Below are positions 10,732-22,624 of a DNA stretch of 64,000 bases, one piece after another. Where the stretch lies: contig JBHGNT010000015.1 in the NCBI GenBank assembly GCA_043228905.1, positions 2,604,001 to 2,668,000 on the forward strand. The letters run 5' to 3'. Each line of letters begins with the position of its first letter. Position 1 is the first letter of the stretch. Origin of the DNA: Azolla caroliniana. Its lineage: Eukaryota > Plantae > Polypodiophyta. Below the pieces are notes generated by a model that had not been told where the DNA came from, ran no database searches, and saw nothing but the letters and a program-made list of their open reading frames with translations. The position numbers and the translations under genes were made by a program.

Positions 10732-11446
10732 TGTCGTGAAGAAAACCGCCCACAAGATGAATCGGAGGACAAGGCGTGGGAAACGACTCTACACACACAC
10801 GCGCGCCAAGAAGTACCTAAGGACGAAGTAGGTACATACGAGGATCCTAGGTGGGTAGATTCGGTTGGTATGCAGTTAATGCCAAACGGCCTCTTGACGG
10901 GCTATAAAAGGAAGAGGAAGAATAGAAGTGGGCATCTCCCGCGGAGAGGACGAAGTGCTGCCGAACCGATTTCGGAGCTTCTCTCTCTCTCCCGCTCTCT
11001 CTGTCTTCTGCTCCATCGCGTACCTGTGCAGGTTTCGAGGAGGCTTGCGCTGTTCCGTGGAACGCCCGAGTGCGTCCTGCAGCACCTCCGACCTGTTTCC
11101 CCTTTCTGTGCGTCGCGACATACAGGGGTCGGCATCTGTTCGCCGCCCTGTTCGTTTTCGTTAGTATCTATTTCGTGCCCCACTGAGGGTTGTAGTACTT
11201 TAGTCTGTTATTTTCTTGCATTCATAAGTACATATCTTTCGTTGTTGCGTCCATCTGCGTCGGCGTTTATTTGTGTTCTCTGTTTGTTGGGCCGTGTCCC
11301 TGTGTAATCGTCGGTTCTGCGCAATCGGAACTTCGGTTCTGTGTAATCGGGGTCTCTCTCTCTTACCTCTCTCTCTCTTGTTCTTCGGTTCAAGACCCCC
11401 GTGGTCCCTCCTCCTTTCTACACGCAAGGGCGTAGCAACCCCGACA
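10732..11446 (+). repeat. 3' LTR of gypsy A
   Basis: Identical by eye to 4287-5001. Confidence 0.97.
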
Positions 11447-11852
11447 ACGTGCTCACGTGTTCCACCATACTCTCGCCGTCCCGGTACTTGAGATTCACTA
11501 TCTTCCTCATCAGGGAGGTCCGGTTCAACGCATTCTTCCTCTCGTAGAGGCCCGACAGCTTCCGCCACATCTCATATGCGTTGGTGTCGTTCGCAACATG
11601 TTGTAGAACGCTCACGTCGACGTATTGCCGAATGGTTGCAACGGCTTTCCGGTTCAGAAGCCTCCATTCCGACTCAAGTACCCCTTTCGGTATTTCCGAC
11701 CTGTCAATCGGTTCGTACAGGTCCCGAACAATCAGAAGATCCTCCATCTTGATCTTCCAGTCGGCGTAATTCTGCGCAGTCAGCACCATCATCCCCGGCT
11801 GCCCGCTGCCGCCGCCTTCCATTTTCTGCAGCAACCAGCTCTGATACGAGTT

Positions 11853-12459
11853 TGTTGAGAATCGACGCTTCGATTCACCTTCACCACTCGGCCACAACCG
11901 AGTAAGCGCGAATCAATGCAGCAGAAAATAGGAACCACAGAGAGAAACACACGAATACGCAGGGATTAACGTGGAAAACCCTATACGGGAAAAACCACGG
12001 GAGTACAAGACTCCAAACCAACACTATACAAAGAGAAGTATACAATGGCGAGCTGCAAGGCCACGACCTTGAGCTCGCTGTCCTCGCCACAGGCGGCGGA
12101 AATACACAGAGGCGTCGTCCTCTTCCTCTCCCACGCTCTATCTCTCTCTCTCTCTCACGTGCTGCTCCCTCTTCACTCCTCTTGAGTGGAAAAACAGAAA
12201 AAATGATCAGCAGCAACCAAAACTATTTGCCCTAAGTCATATTTATACAACATATGACTTTCGGGCTATTTACAAGTGTAGCCTCAAGGACTCTTGGCAA
12301 ACATATTCACAAATATGTCCCCGCATCCGGATCTCTCTCCGGGTACATTCGTCATCCGGCTCCGTAACCGGGGTCTTCAGCATCCGGCTCCGTAACCGCA
12401 ACCGGGCTTGCCGTCATTCATCTCCGGACATCCCATCCGGAGGGACCGAAATCCCAACA
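11853..12459 (-). repeat. 5' LTR of copia1a
   Basis: TG..CA, 607 bp, adjacent to a Met PBS. Homologous to 15674-16307 and 44717-45338. Confidence 0.9.
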
Positions 12460-15400
12460 CTTCATTGAGAAGGTTCGGTGAAGCGCTTTCTTCAGCATCC
12501 GTATCTTGACCTGGTCCCGTCCGACGATCAACATGTCGTCCACGTACAGGAGGAGTATTAGAAAGTCTCCTCCTTCGAACTTCTTCACAAACACGCAGTG
12601 ATCGGACTGCGTTTTGTGGTACCCTTCGTCGGTCATGAAAGAGTCGAACTTCCGGTACCATTGCCGGGGAGCCTGCTTCAGTCCGTAAAGACTCTTCTTC
12701 AACCGGCATACCAGATGCTCCTTCCCTTTCTTCTCGAATCCTTCCGGTTGCTGCATGTAGATCTCTTCTTCGAGGTCACCGTGAAGGAATGCCGTCTTCA
12801 CGTCCATCTGTTCTACCTCGAGGTCCATGCTTGCCGCTATGCTCAGCACCGTCCGGATGGAGGTCATCTTCACTACCGGGACAAATATCTCGTCGAAGTC
12901 GACGCCCTTCTTCTGCTGGAACCCCTTCACCACGATCCTGGCTTTGTATCTCGGGGGATTTCCGGCATCTCCCGGTTTCAGCTTGAACACCCACTTGTTT
13001 CGAAGTGCCCGCTTTCCTTTCGGCAACTCCACAAGTTCATATGTGTGGTTCTCATGCAGGGAATCCATCTCCTCCTGCATGGCACTTAACCACCTGCGGC
13101 TATGGGTGTCAAGCTTTGCTTCTTCAAAACTCTCCGGCTCCCCTTCGTCGGTTAGCAGCACATGCTCTGGTTCCGGAAATCTCCGGGGGGCCCTTCTCTC
13201 TCTTAGAGGATATCTCCGTTCCGGAGCTTCGGTAACCGGCTCCTCCGTTTCCTCTTCATCCGAATCCATTTCGGGATCGGGGCCGGTTCCGGTATCAGTT
13301 TCATCTTCCTCGGCCGGTTCTGTTTCTTCACCGTCTTCGGCCGGATCCTCGAGTGCTAACCGGTCCCTTGCCGGTCGGGACTGCTCCTCGTAGAGTTGAT
13401 CCTCACCGGTCGACTTGGAGCTCTTCATCTTCTTCTCCGACTCCCAGTCGGCGAGTGTCTTGTCCTCCATGAAGATGATATCACGACTCCGGAATATCTT
13501 TTTGTCGACCGGGTCCCATACTCGGTAGCCGAACTCGTCATCGCCGTAACCGAGGAATATGCATGGCCGGGTCTTTGGATCTAGCTTTCCTCTCCGGTCC
13601 TTTGCCACATGCACATATGCGAGACACCCGAACACCTTCAGATGCCGGTAGGATACTTCCCTACCGGTCCACACTCTCTGCGGCGTGTCTCCATCCAAAG
13701 GTACTGAGGGTGATCTGTTTATCACGTATGTCGTCGTCGACATTGCCTCAGCCCAAAACCCCTTGGGTAATTTCGCATGCGCCAGCATACTCCGGACCCT
13801 CTCCATTATGGTCCGGTTCATCCTCTCGGCCAGCCCGTTCAGTTTCGGCGTCTTCGGCACAGTAAACTCGAGCCGGATTCCCTTCGAGCGACAGTACTCC
13901 TCGAACTGCCCCCGGTATTCCCCTCCGTTATCCGCTCGTATCGCTTTCAGCTTCTTGCCGGATTCCCTTTCCACTCTCGCGTGGAGTTCTTTGAAGACGC
14001 ACAACACTTGGTCCTTTGTCTTCAACGGTGCCGTCCACAGCTTCCGGCTGTGGTCATCAATGAATGTCACGAAGTACTGGGCTCCGCCATGTGACTTCGT
14101 TTCTACTTGACACACGTCAGTGTGCACCAACTCCAATGGTGCGCTACGTCTCGTCGGTGGCCTTGAGTGGAAGGAGGTTCGGTTCTGCTTACCGGCCAGG
14201 CAATCGGTGCACTTCTCCAGGTGCACATGCTTCACTGGAATAAGGTTGTCTTCTGCAAGCCTCTTCATCCCCTTCTAACTCATGTGGCACAGTCTCTTGT
14301 GCCACAGCTCACCGGCAGTGTCGGCTGCCACGTTCAATTCCTCCGGACACAACCAGGCATTCATAAGGTACAGTGTGTTGATTTTCCGGGCCCGAGCCAC
14401 TATCAGGCTCCCCTTGCTGAACTTCATTACGCCGTTCCGGATGCTACCTGTGTAGCCTTCATCGTCTAGCCTCCCGGCCGAAATCAGGTTCAATCGAACC
14501 TTCGGAACGTGTCGGACATCCTTCAACAACATTTTGCATCCGGTCGAGGTTGTCAACCACACGTCTCCTATGCCGGCAATCCGGCACGTACCTTCATTTC
14601 CCATCCGAACACAGCCATGCTCACCGGCTGTGTAGGATGAGAAGTATCTTCTTTCCGGGGTCAGGTGGAACGACGCTCCGGAATCGACCACCCAGGTAGT
14701 CTCATCGCCGGCAATGTTTAGTTCACCTTCTTCGGTGATGAGCATGATCTCCTCTTCACTTGCCGCGAGTGCCGTCGTTCCTTTCCGGTCCTACCCTCGC
14801 CGATCCGAACCATTCCGATCCGTGGCTCCCCGGTAAGCACCGTTCCGTTCCGAAGACTTCTTCGAATCGGTGTCGTCGGCTCCGTTGTCTTTTCGGTAAT
14901 GCCGACAATTCTTTCGGAAGTGCCCCGGCTTCCCACAGTGGAAGCATGTGGGCCTTCCTCTTGACTGCGACCGGGTCCCCGACTTCTCCCGTCTTTGCGG
15001 ACTCCGGTTCCGTTGTCTTCCCCGATCCGATAAGGTAAGCAGCATCTTCGGATCGGAGGCCAGTTCTTTATCTCTCCGACGCGCTTCTTCGTTCAAAATG
15101 CTTGTCTTTACAGTTTGTAGGGACAAGTTATCTTCGGTGCAGGAGGTGCTGAGAGTCACCACCAAGTTCTCCCAGCTTTCCGGCAATGTACACATCAGCA
15201 TGATGGCTTGCATTGCATCCTCCAACGGGAACTTGATCGCCGCAAGCTGGTTCACGAATCCCATGAACGTGCTTACGTGTTCCACCATACTCTCGCCGTC
15301 CCGGTACTTGAGGTTCACTATCTTCCTCATCAGGGAGGTCCGGTTCAACGCATTCTTCCTCTCGTAGAGGCCCGACAGCTTCTGCCACATCTCATATGCG

Positions 15401-16307
15401 TTGGTGTCGTTCGCCACATGTTGTAGAACGCTCACGTCGACATATTGCCGAATGGTTGCAACGGCTTTCCGGTTCAGAAGCCTCCATTCCGTCTCAAGTA
15501 CCCCCTTGGGTATTTCCGACCTCTCGATCGGTTCATACAGGTCCCGAACAATGAGCAGATCCTCCATCTTTATCTTCTAGTCGGCGTAGTTCTGCGCATT
15601 CAGCACCATCATCCCCGGCTGCCCGCTACTGCCGCCTTCCATTTTCTGCACTGCAGTCGCTCTGATACTAGATTGTTATGAATTTGACGCTTTCAAATCT
15701 TTCTCCTCTCGGCCACAACCGAGAAACACGAGTCAATGCAGCAGTAAATCGAAAACACAGAGAGAGACTCGAATGCACAGGGTTTAGCGTGGAAAACCCT
15801 AGACGGGAAAAACCACGGGAGTGCAAGACTCCAACTATCACTATACGCAGGGAATGTACAATGGCGAGCTGCAAGGCGACGACCTTGAGCTCGCTGTCCT
15901 CGCCACAGGCGGCGGTATTACACAGAGGCGTCGACCTCTTCCTTTCTCTCTCTCTCAATCTCTCTCTCGGCTGCTCTCACTTCGCTCCCTCTAAGTGGAA
16001 AACAGAAAAATGAGCAACAACAACAAAACTGCTTGCCCTAAGTCATATTTATACACATATGACTTTCGGGCTATTTACAAATATAGCCTAGAGGGCCCTT
16101 GGCAAACATATTCACAAATATGTCCCCGCATCCGGATCTCTCTCCGGGTACATTCGTCATCCGGCTCCGTAGCCGGGGTCTTCATCATCCGGATCCGAAA
16201 CCGGGTCTTCATCATCCGGTTCCGATACCGGGTACTCCTCATTCGGGTCTTCATTCCCGATTCCCGGACATCTGACCATCCCATCCGGAGGGACCCTAAT
16301 CCCAACA
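12460..16307 (-). mobile_element. Ty1/copia element copia1b (same family), 5' LTR through RT, interrupted by copia1a
   Basis: LTR 15674-16307 and PBS TAGTATCAGAGC. Gag-PR-IN-RT (KTAFLHG, LYGLKQAP, YVDD) has point stops near 15578, 14791 and 14275. Inserted in gypsy E gag (flank CATAT). Confidence 0.92.
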
Positions 16308-18325
16308 CATATCGCTGCGAGGGCCCGGCCCCTCCTGTTTTCCTTACTCACTTGTCCTCCCCCAGAGCCTCGTAGTTTTGACAAGCGGCTTCGACGAAGC
16401 CCGTCTTTTCTTCCACCGGGTCACTCCACCCGGTTACCTCCCGGACCCGTTTTTCCGCGTGGTCCACCTCTTCTTTTCTTAGCCGTCCGTCGGCGAGGCC
16501 TTCTAGCATCGTCGTCCAGAACCCGGCTTTGTTCGTTTTCGGGGCCTCGCCACCTCCGACCCGAATACCAGCGGACGCCGAGTAGTGGACGGTCTCCGCG
16601 TGACGAGCCGCCGCCTCCTCCATCAGCCTTTTCATACCCCCTTGCCTGACGTTCAGGTTCAGGGCCCTTCAGGTCTCGCTGGTGTGCACCCGACCGTTCC
16701 ACAGGTACACCACGTTGCTTCTTATCGCCCCGGCGAAGTCCCCATCCCTGTTTTCAGCCAGAGGTCGTCGGTCACAGGCCTGTTCGCCACCATCCCTCCG
16801 TGCCTGGGCGATCTGGAGATCCCTTACCATCCGCGTCAGCTCCTCCAGAGCTACTCCCCCGGACGAGCCATTGACCATGCCGGTTGAAGCCGACCCGGTC
16901 TCAAGCCAATCTCGGGTCTCTCCCCTTCGCGTTGGTGGTGTTGGCTCGAGCTTCCTTGCTGCGACAGAGCCCGCCCCTGTCGATCCTTTGTCAGCCCATT
17001 CCCGCCGTTTGTTGAAACCGCCTGACCCTTTTCACTACGGCCCAGTCGGCCGTCAGCCCGTCATCAGTCTCCAATAGGAGGCCTACCTGCTCCCGATCCC
17101 GCTCGTCAACCGACTTAACAAACAATAGGACACGGCTTGTGTCCAGAACGGTCCGGTCAAGCACCGAGAGGCGTGCGAAGCGTTCCTCAAACTCCCGAAG
17201 GAGCACTAACGCGTTCCTTCCTTTGTCGGGGGTCTCCACCCACTCCATGAAGTCCCGCTTCGAAAGTCGAAGCACATCTTCAAGCCCGTATCTTTCGAGG
17301 AGCCCACCTTCGAACTCCTCCCAGGTCCGGCTCTCGGCCCGTACCTCGAGCACCTCCGTATGGATACCTGGCATCGCCACTCGAGATAATCCGGCTAGAG
17401 GCCTCTCTTTCGGAATGTCCCTCATTACCATCTCAGCCCGGTAGGATGCCAAGTAGCTTGTGGCATCCTTCCCACTAAACCGGCCGATCGTACTAACAAC
17501 CGCCTCGATAGCCCTATCAAGGGCGCCGGTGCCTTCGCGAGCACTCACTATACGGTCCACAGCCGAAGCCATGGCTTCTGCGAGGTCCGACCCCCTCATC
17601 TTCTACTCCTCTGCCGCCTGTTCAGGTCGGGTTCACCAAATATGTCGCGTTGTTATGCGCGTGCGTGGAGAACAAGGCGGAACCACTGGGGTCTTGGACC
17701 GCAGAATAGGTGAGGAAGCGAAAGGAGAGAGAGAGACACGCTCACACACGTATAGACAAAGAAGCGCGCGGGAACGCAGCCCAACAACACAAGAGACACA
17801 AGTTGAGCAGGAGATAGGGTAAAAGGGACGCGTAAATAAATATATGTATGCAGACGACTCGAATGGTTACAGCCGATCAGGTCGACGAGACGGGTGCCGA
17901 CGCCTGATCACCCACGCACACAGGGGAGCAAGATGGAGATTCTGTCGAAAGCACACGGGCGTTCCACGGAGCAGAATCAGCCTCTTGAGTACTTGCGCCA
18001 AGAAAGCTATGGAGAACGACAGAGGAGAAGAGCTCGGTCCCAGTCCGACAGCACTTCGTCCCCTCTAGCGCGCGATGTCTTCTCTCCCCCGTCTTCCTCT
18101 CTTTTATAGCTCAAGGAGGGAGGCCGTCTTGCCCGTTTACATCACATTAATTCTCTGTCCTTTCGGACAGAGATACTCCTCGATTCTCCCTATAAACTAT
18201 TGCTACCTAGGATCTAACCCTTTCGCCTACCTATCTACTTTACGTCAAGGGACGTGCCCACGTGTAAGGGTCGGTTCACACACATTATACACGGTTTGCG
18301 CCTGGGGACGGTTTTCTTCGCGACA
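16308..18325 (-). mobile_element. Gypsy copy E: 5' LTR (17643-18325), Trp PBS and decayed gag
   Basis: MRGSDLAEAMASAVDRI gag with frameshifts and a deleted CCHC. LTR TGTCG..CGACA. Right flank GCGT lies inside the TR-GAG LTR. Confidence 0.9.
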
Positions 18326-21300
18326 GCGTGCGTGTGCTACTCGAGCGACCACCGGGGTCTTGGACTGGGGAGGATGTTTGCAGAATTATCGAAGAGATGA
18401 CGATCAATGTAAGATTAGATGAAATAGGTTTACTCGAGAAGAAGAAAAATTGTACACTTGAGAAGTAGAAAAATATGAAGAAGATAAAGACAAATATAAT
18501 TATATTGATGATAATGGTGTTGGTGATATCACATATTGAGCCCCCCTTACACAAGCCCAAGTAGAGGCTTTTATAGGTCTTTCCATGCTTGTGACATGCA
18601 CAAAACCATGGGCTAAAACCATGGTTTTGTGCACACGGTTTTGCTTATGTCATGCAAAAACCATGGGTTTAGAACCATGGTTTTGTGCACATGGTTTTCT
18701 ATGATTGTTTCATCTAAAATTCGTATATAAAAAGGAAATATATAGAATCTACACTATATGATAGTTGTCCTAATGGTAAGGCAATTATCTTGTATCTTAG
18801 AGGTGTAAGGTTCAAACCTTGCTTGCACCCCTCTGTATGAACTCAAGTGCCACTAGGCCTTAGGTTTATTTGGTAAGTGCATGTGCAATGTTGCACATCC
18901 TTGGTTTATTCGTCTCACTCGGTTTCACACCATAGCCGAAAATCGTCATGACATCCACCCCCACCAAACCCGCACATCCTCCGGTATGTGCCGAGAAAGG
19001 TGAAGAGGTGAGATCTTTGGCAACGGTGATCAACCGAGTTCCTCTGCACGCTCGTCAACCTCGTCTGACTTCGTCTTCCACTTCGAGTATGCGCAATCTT
19101 TCCAACCGAATCACCGTAGCCACCCGATCCACCATATCTGGCGCTCACACCTTCTTCCCCGATTGGTTGTAGTAGATCTACCGAATGATGTCGTTGATCC
19201 GACTGCTCTTCCTTCGTCCACCGCACGTGTCCTTCGATTGGACTCCTGGCCACTCCTCGTGCTCACCGTCTTCAATTGGGTGTTGTGGATCGTTCGTGTC
19301 GATCTTTGATTATGCCACGTTTGCCCTTGTCCGGATCGGTCTTTGCCGATCGCTTTTTGGCTCGGTTGGCCTTCGTCTGCATTCGCATTTCGCCGAGTTC
19401 GGCTCGACTGATTGATTCTAGCTGGGTCGGCCCCCTTTTGGATCGGAATCGTCCGATCGATTTTCGCCGAATCTGGTTTCGGCCGGGTCGGCCCCGGCCG
19501 ATCGGCTCCCATGTGCATCTTCCTTCGTTCGGGCCGGAATCCCGGCCGGATCGTCTTCCAGTTCGACTGGTTCTCGACTCTTCCCTCCTTCCCGCATGCA
19601 GCCTCTCCATCGAACTCAACTGCGGCTTCATCCTTGGCCTCCTTGTTGGCCATATCCTTCCCTCCGTGTATGCTCGCCTCGAGCCATATTATCTCCTCTT
19701 CGCTACCTCCTTTATCTTTGGTCTTATGTCGACACACGGTCTCGACTACCGAAGTCTCCAGAACCGGTGTGAAGGAATCCCTTCGTTCATTTACCTTGTC
19801 TTCCTCATCACCCTTCCGGTCGTCCGCTTTTCCATCGACACATTCCGTCTCTCCGGCCTCACGTTGGCGCACGTGCACAACCGCCGAAGTCTCTAGAATA
19901 GGTGTGGGGATATCCTTTCTTCCTCGATGTTCTTCCTCTTTGTGTTGGGCTTTCGGATTCCCGTCACCACCTTCCGTCTCTCCGGTCTTACGTTGGCACA
20001 CGGGCACAACCGCCGAAGTCTCTGGAACAAGCGTGGAGAAAGTGTCGACATGGCTATCCGTCATTGATTCGTCCATAGCCACCTCCGACTTGATGTCATT
20101 TGTCATGGCTACCTCCTCAATCTCTTCAGACTCAAACACTTTATCTCCCTCGATCATGCAAGATTTTCTCATGCTTGCACCTTCATCACCCGATGTTTCA
20201 TACACAATGCATGTTCCAAAACATTTATCCTCCCTCGAAGTGGCTTTCCCCAGCCTCGAGTCATCGGCCTCCTCCTTGGCCGTCGTTTCTTCGTAAGACA
20301 AGAAGGTGACTTGTTTCGCACCTTCTCTCTCGGTACCGTCATACCGAACCTTAGCCTTTGTATTGGCCACTTCATTAACCCGCATTTGTTGGGAGGTCTC
20401 TTCTTCCTCGATCACCATTCGCCTCGGTTTTGTCTCCCTTTTAAGCTTCATTTCTTTTGGTGGTGGTGTGTTGTTGCATCTCGTCCCTCTTCGATCGTCC
20501 CTCATGGGCCGTCTTGTTGTCGTCGATATTCTCGCTCGCCCCTTATCGTGTAGTCGGCATACACTTTCCACTTTGCTCCAATCCTCGATGAGGCCATTTG
20601 CACCATCATCTTCTTCGAGTTTGAGGCCGATGGACATCCTTTCCATTCGATCGATTGACTTCACGAACAAAAGGACCTTATCGACCCCCACTAATCTTTG
20701 TTCCTGCTCTGAGAGTTGAGAAAAACGATGCTCGAGGTCTACGAATGCTTGTGTCGCGCCTTGGTGGGTCTTTGTCGATGTCACCCATTGGTCGAAGTTG
20801 CGTCGATCTCGTCCCTTTAGTCTCTCATAGCCATATTCCTCCAATAGAGCCTTCTCGAAAGTCTCCCACGAATCATGAGCATAGAAGCTCTTTTACGTCT
20901 TTGAAGATCAGTTGAGACACCACCCGACAAAAGTAATCCAGCCTCATAGCTTCGTCCACACCTCTTGAATCCATCTCCGCATTGTAGACTTTTAGAAAAC
21001 TTTGGACTTCAGCGCTGTTGAAATAGCTCACTTGCTCGACTACCCTATCGACGGCTTGTTGGGCTTCATTTCATCTTTTCCCTTCTCTCAGAAACTCCAT
21101 CATCCTTTTTGACATTGCCTCCATGAGATATTCGCCATCCATCTTCGTCCTCCCCTACTGCTCTTCACGTCGGGTTCACCAAATGATGTCGCGAAGATTC
21201 GCGCGTGCGCGTGCTACTCGAGCGACCACTGGGGTCTTGGACTGGGGAGGATGTTTGCAGAATTATCGAAGAGATGACGATCAATGTAAGATTAGATGAA

Positions 21301-21826
21301 ATTGGTTTACTTGAGAAGAAGAAAAATTGTACACTTGAGAAGTAGAAAAATATGAAGAAGATAAAGACAAATATAATTATATTGATGATAATGGTGTTGG
21401 TGATATCACATATTGAGCCCCCCTTACACAAGCCCAAGTAGAGGCTTTTATAGGTCTTTCCATGCTTGTGACATGCACAAAACCATGGGCTAAAACCATG
21501 GTTTTGTGCACACGGTTTTGCTTATGTCATGCAAAAACCATGGGTTTAGAACCATGGTTTTGTGCACATGGTTTTCTATGGTTGCTTCATCTAAAATTCG
21601 TATATAAAAAGTACATAGAATCTACACTATATGATAGTTGTCCTAATGGAAAGACAATCATCTTGTATCTTAGAGGTGCAAGGTTCAAACCTTGCTTGCA
21701 CCTCTCTGTATGAACTCAAGTGCCACTAGGCCTTATGTTTATTTGCTAAGTGCATGTGCAATGTTGCACATCCTTGGTTGATTCGTCTCACTCGGTTTCA
21801 CACTGTAGCCGAAAATCGTCACGACA
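18326..21826 (-). mobile_element. Non-autonomous gag-only LTR element (TR-GAG-like, TRG1)
   Basis: LTRs 21187-21826 and 18326-18953 (the latter clipped by E). Trp PBS 21164-21181 and PPT GGTGGGGGTGGA. The 2.2-kb interior has one gag-like frame and no pol. Confidence 0.88.
19111..21142 (-). pseudogene. Divergent Gag capsid fused to a long acidic, repeat-containing tail (one stop and one frameshift near the 5' end)
   Basis: MDGEYLMEAMS..WETFEKALLEEYG..VLLFVKSID..DWSKVESVC aligns with the gypsy A gag N-terminus. The tail has 3x (P)xLETSxVVxVxQR(K/E)xGETE. Confidence 0.75.
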
Positions 21827-21832
21827 ACGACA

Positions 21833-22624
21833 ACGCTTCTTTAGGTGACTTGGCATCTCGAATGTGGCCGCTAATCATGTGGTTGTGGACACATATTGCC
21901 AAGCAATACATGACTTGATTTGTCGCTTGCTCCCATGTTGCGTAGTCGGCGTTCTTTGAGTCGGGTCGATTTTCTTGTGCGCTGTTGATGTAGCTCCAAT
22001 ACCCTTGGCCGACAGGGTATTGGGTCATCTTGTACTCCCAAGATGAATAATTGTTGCGGTCTAGCTTTTCATTAGGGAGCGAACTACCCATTTGTGTGTT
22101 CATTTTGATGTAGTGCCTTCCTTTTTCGATTTCCTTCGCTCGATCACTTACTCGTACTACGTAGCGGATAGCCGGAATTTGTCATTGTCGTTTCGAACAT
22201 ACAATTATGAAGAGGTGGATAGGCTTAGTGGATGTGCTAAACCACACACTTTGATACCATGTTAAGAATTAGGTGATTAACTACGGGTTCATAAGTACCT
22301 AATTATGTGATTAGTTGATAAGCGGAAGATTAAGTGATATGTGTGTGAGAGCAAGAGAGAGAGGAAGTTACATTTAAATACCTAGAATGAGGTATATATA
22401 CATCTCATGTGCAAAGGTGCACATGTGTGAGTAGAATATAGGTACTAAGGTGTAAGTCCTATATTAAATGTACTTAGGAGTGGAGGATCTAGAATATCCC
22501 ACTTAAGTACAAGGTCCTATTTAAGGTGTTATAGTCAACACTCCTAACTAGATTCTATCTAGGTAACTACGAAGTTACATGGTTGACTAAATAACTAAAC
22601 TAAGTTGAGCTTGATCTCTCAACA
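21833..22624 (-). mobile_element. 5' half of copia2 (LTR 22260-22624, Met PBS, gag start), inverted relative to its 3' half
   Basis: LTR matches 44598-45653 in the opposite orientation. Outer flank ACAAA (minus) equals the TSD at 45654-45658. Gag breaks at KEA|W. Confidence 0.9.

Larger units (their letters stand above)
4287..11446 (+). mobile_element. Intact full-length non-chromoviral Ty3/gypsy LTR retrotransposon, copy A (Phygy/Selgy-like)
   Basis: Two 715-bp LTRs TGTCG..CGACA with no difference seen. 4-bp TSD ACGT (4283-4286, 11447-11450), confirmed against the uninterrupted copia1b site near 15267. Has a tRNA-Trp PBS, a PPT and uninterrupted gag-pro and pol. Confidence 0.97.
1616..12459 (-). 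mobile_element. Ty1/copia element copia1a (Tork/Tnt1-like), defective, interrupted by gypsy A
   Basis: 5' LTR 11853-12459 and mutated Met PBS (TCGTATCAGAGC). Gag 11823-11451 resumes at 4282. Shows CCHC, PR (VVDSGAS), IN (ELVHTDVC) and an RT/RH tail. RT core is deleted near 2066 and there is a premature stop at 3201. Inserted into copia1b RT (flank CTTCA). Confidence 0.9.

Noticed and set aside
4282-11450. 5-bp TSD AACGT for gypsy A
   Set aside because: The extra A is the LTR's terminal CA (the 5' LTR also ends CGACA). The true TSD is ACGT, consistent with the 4-bp TSD of D.
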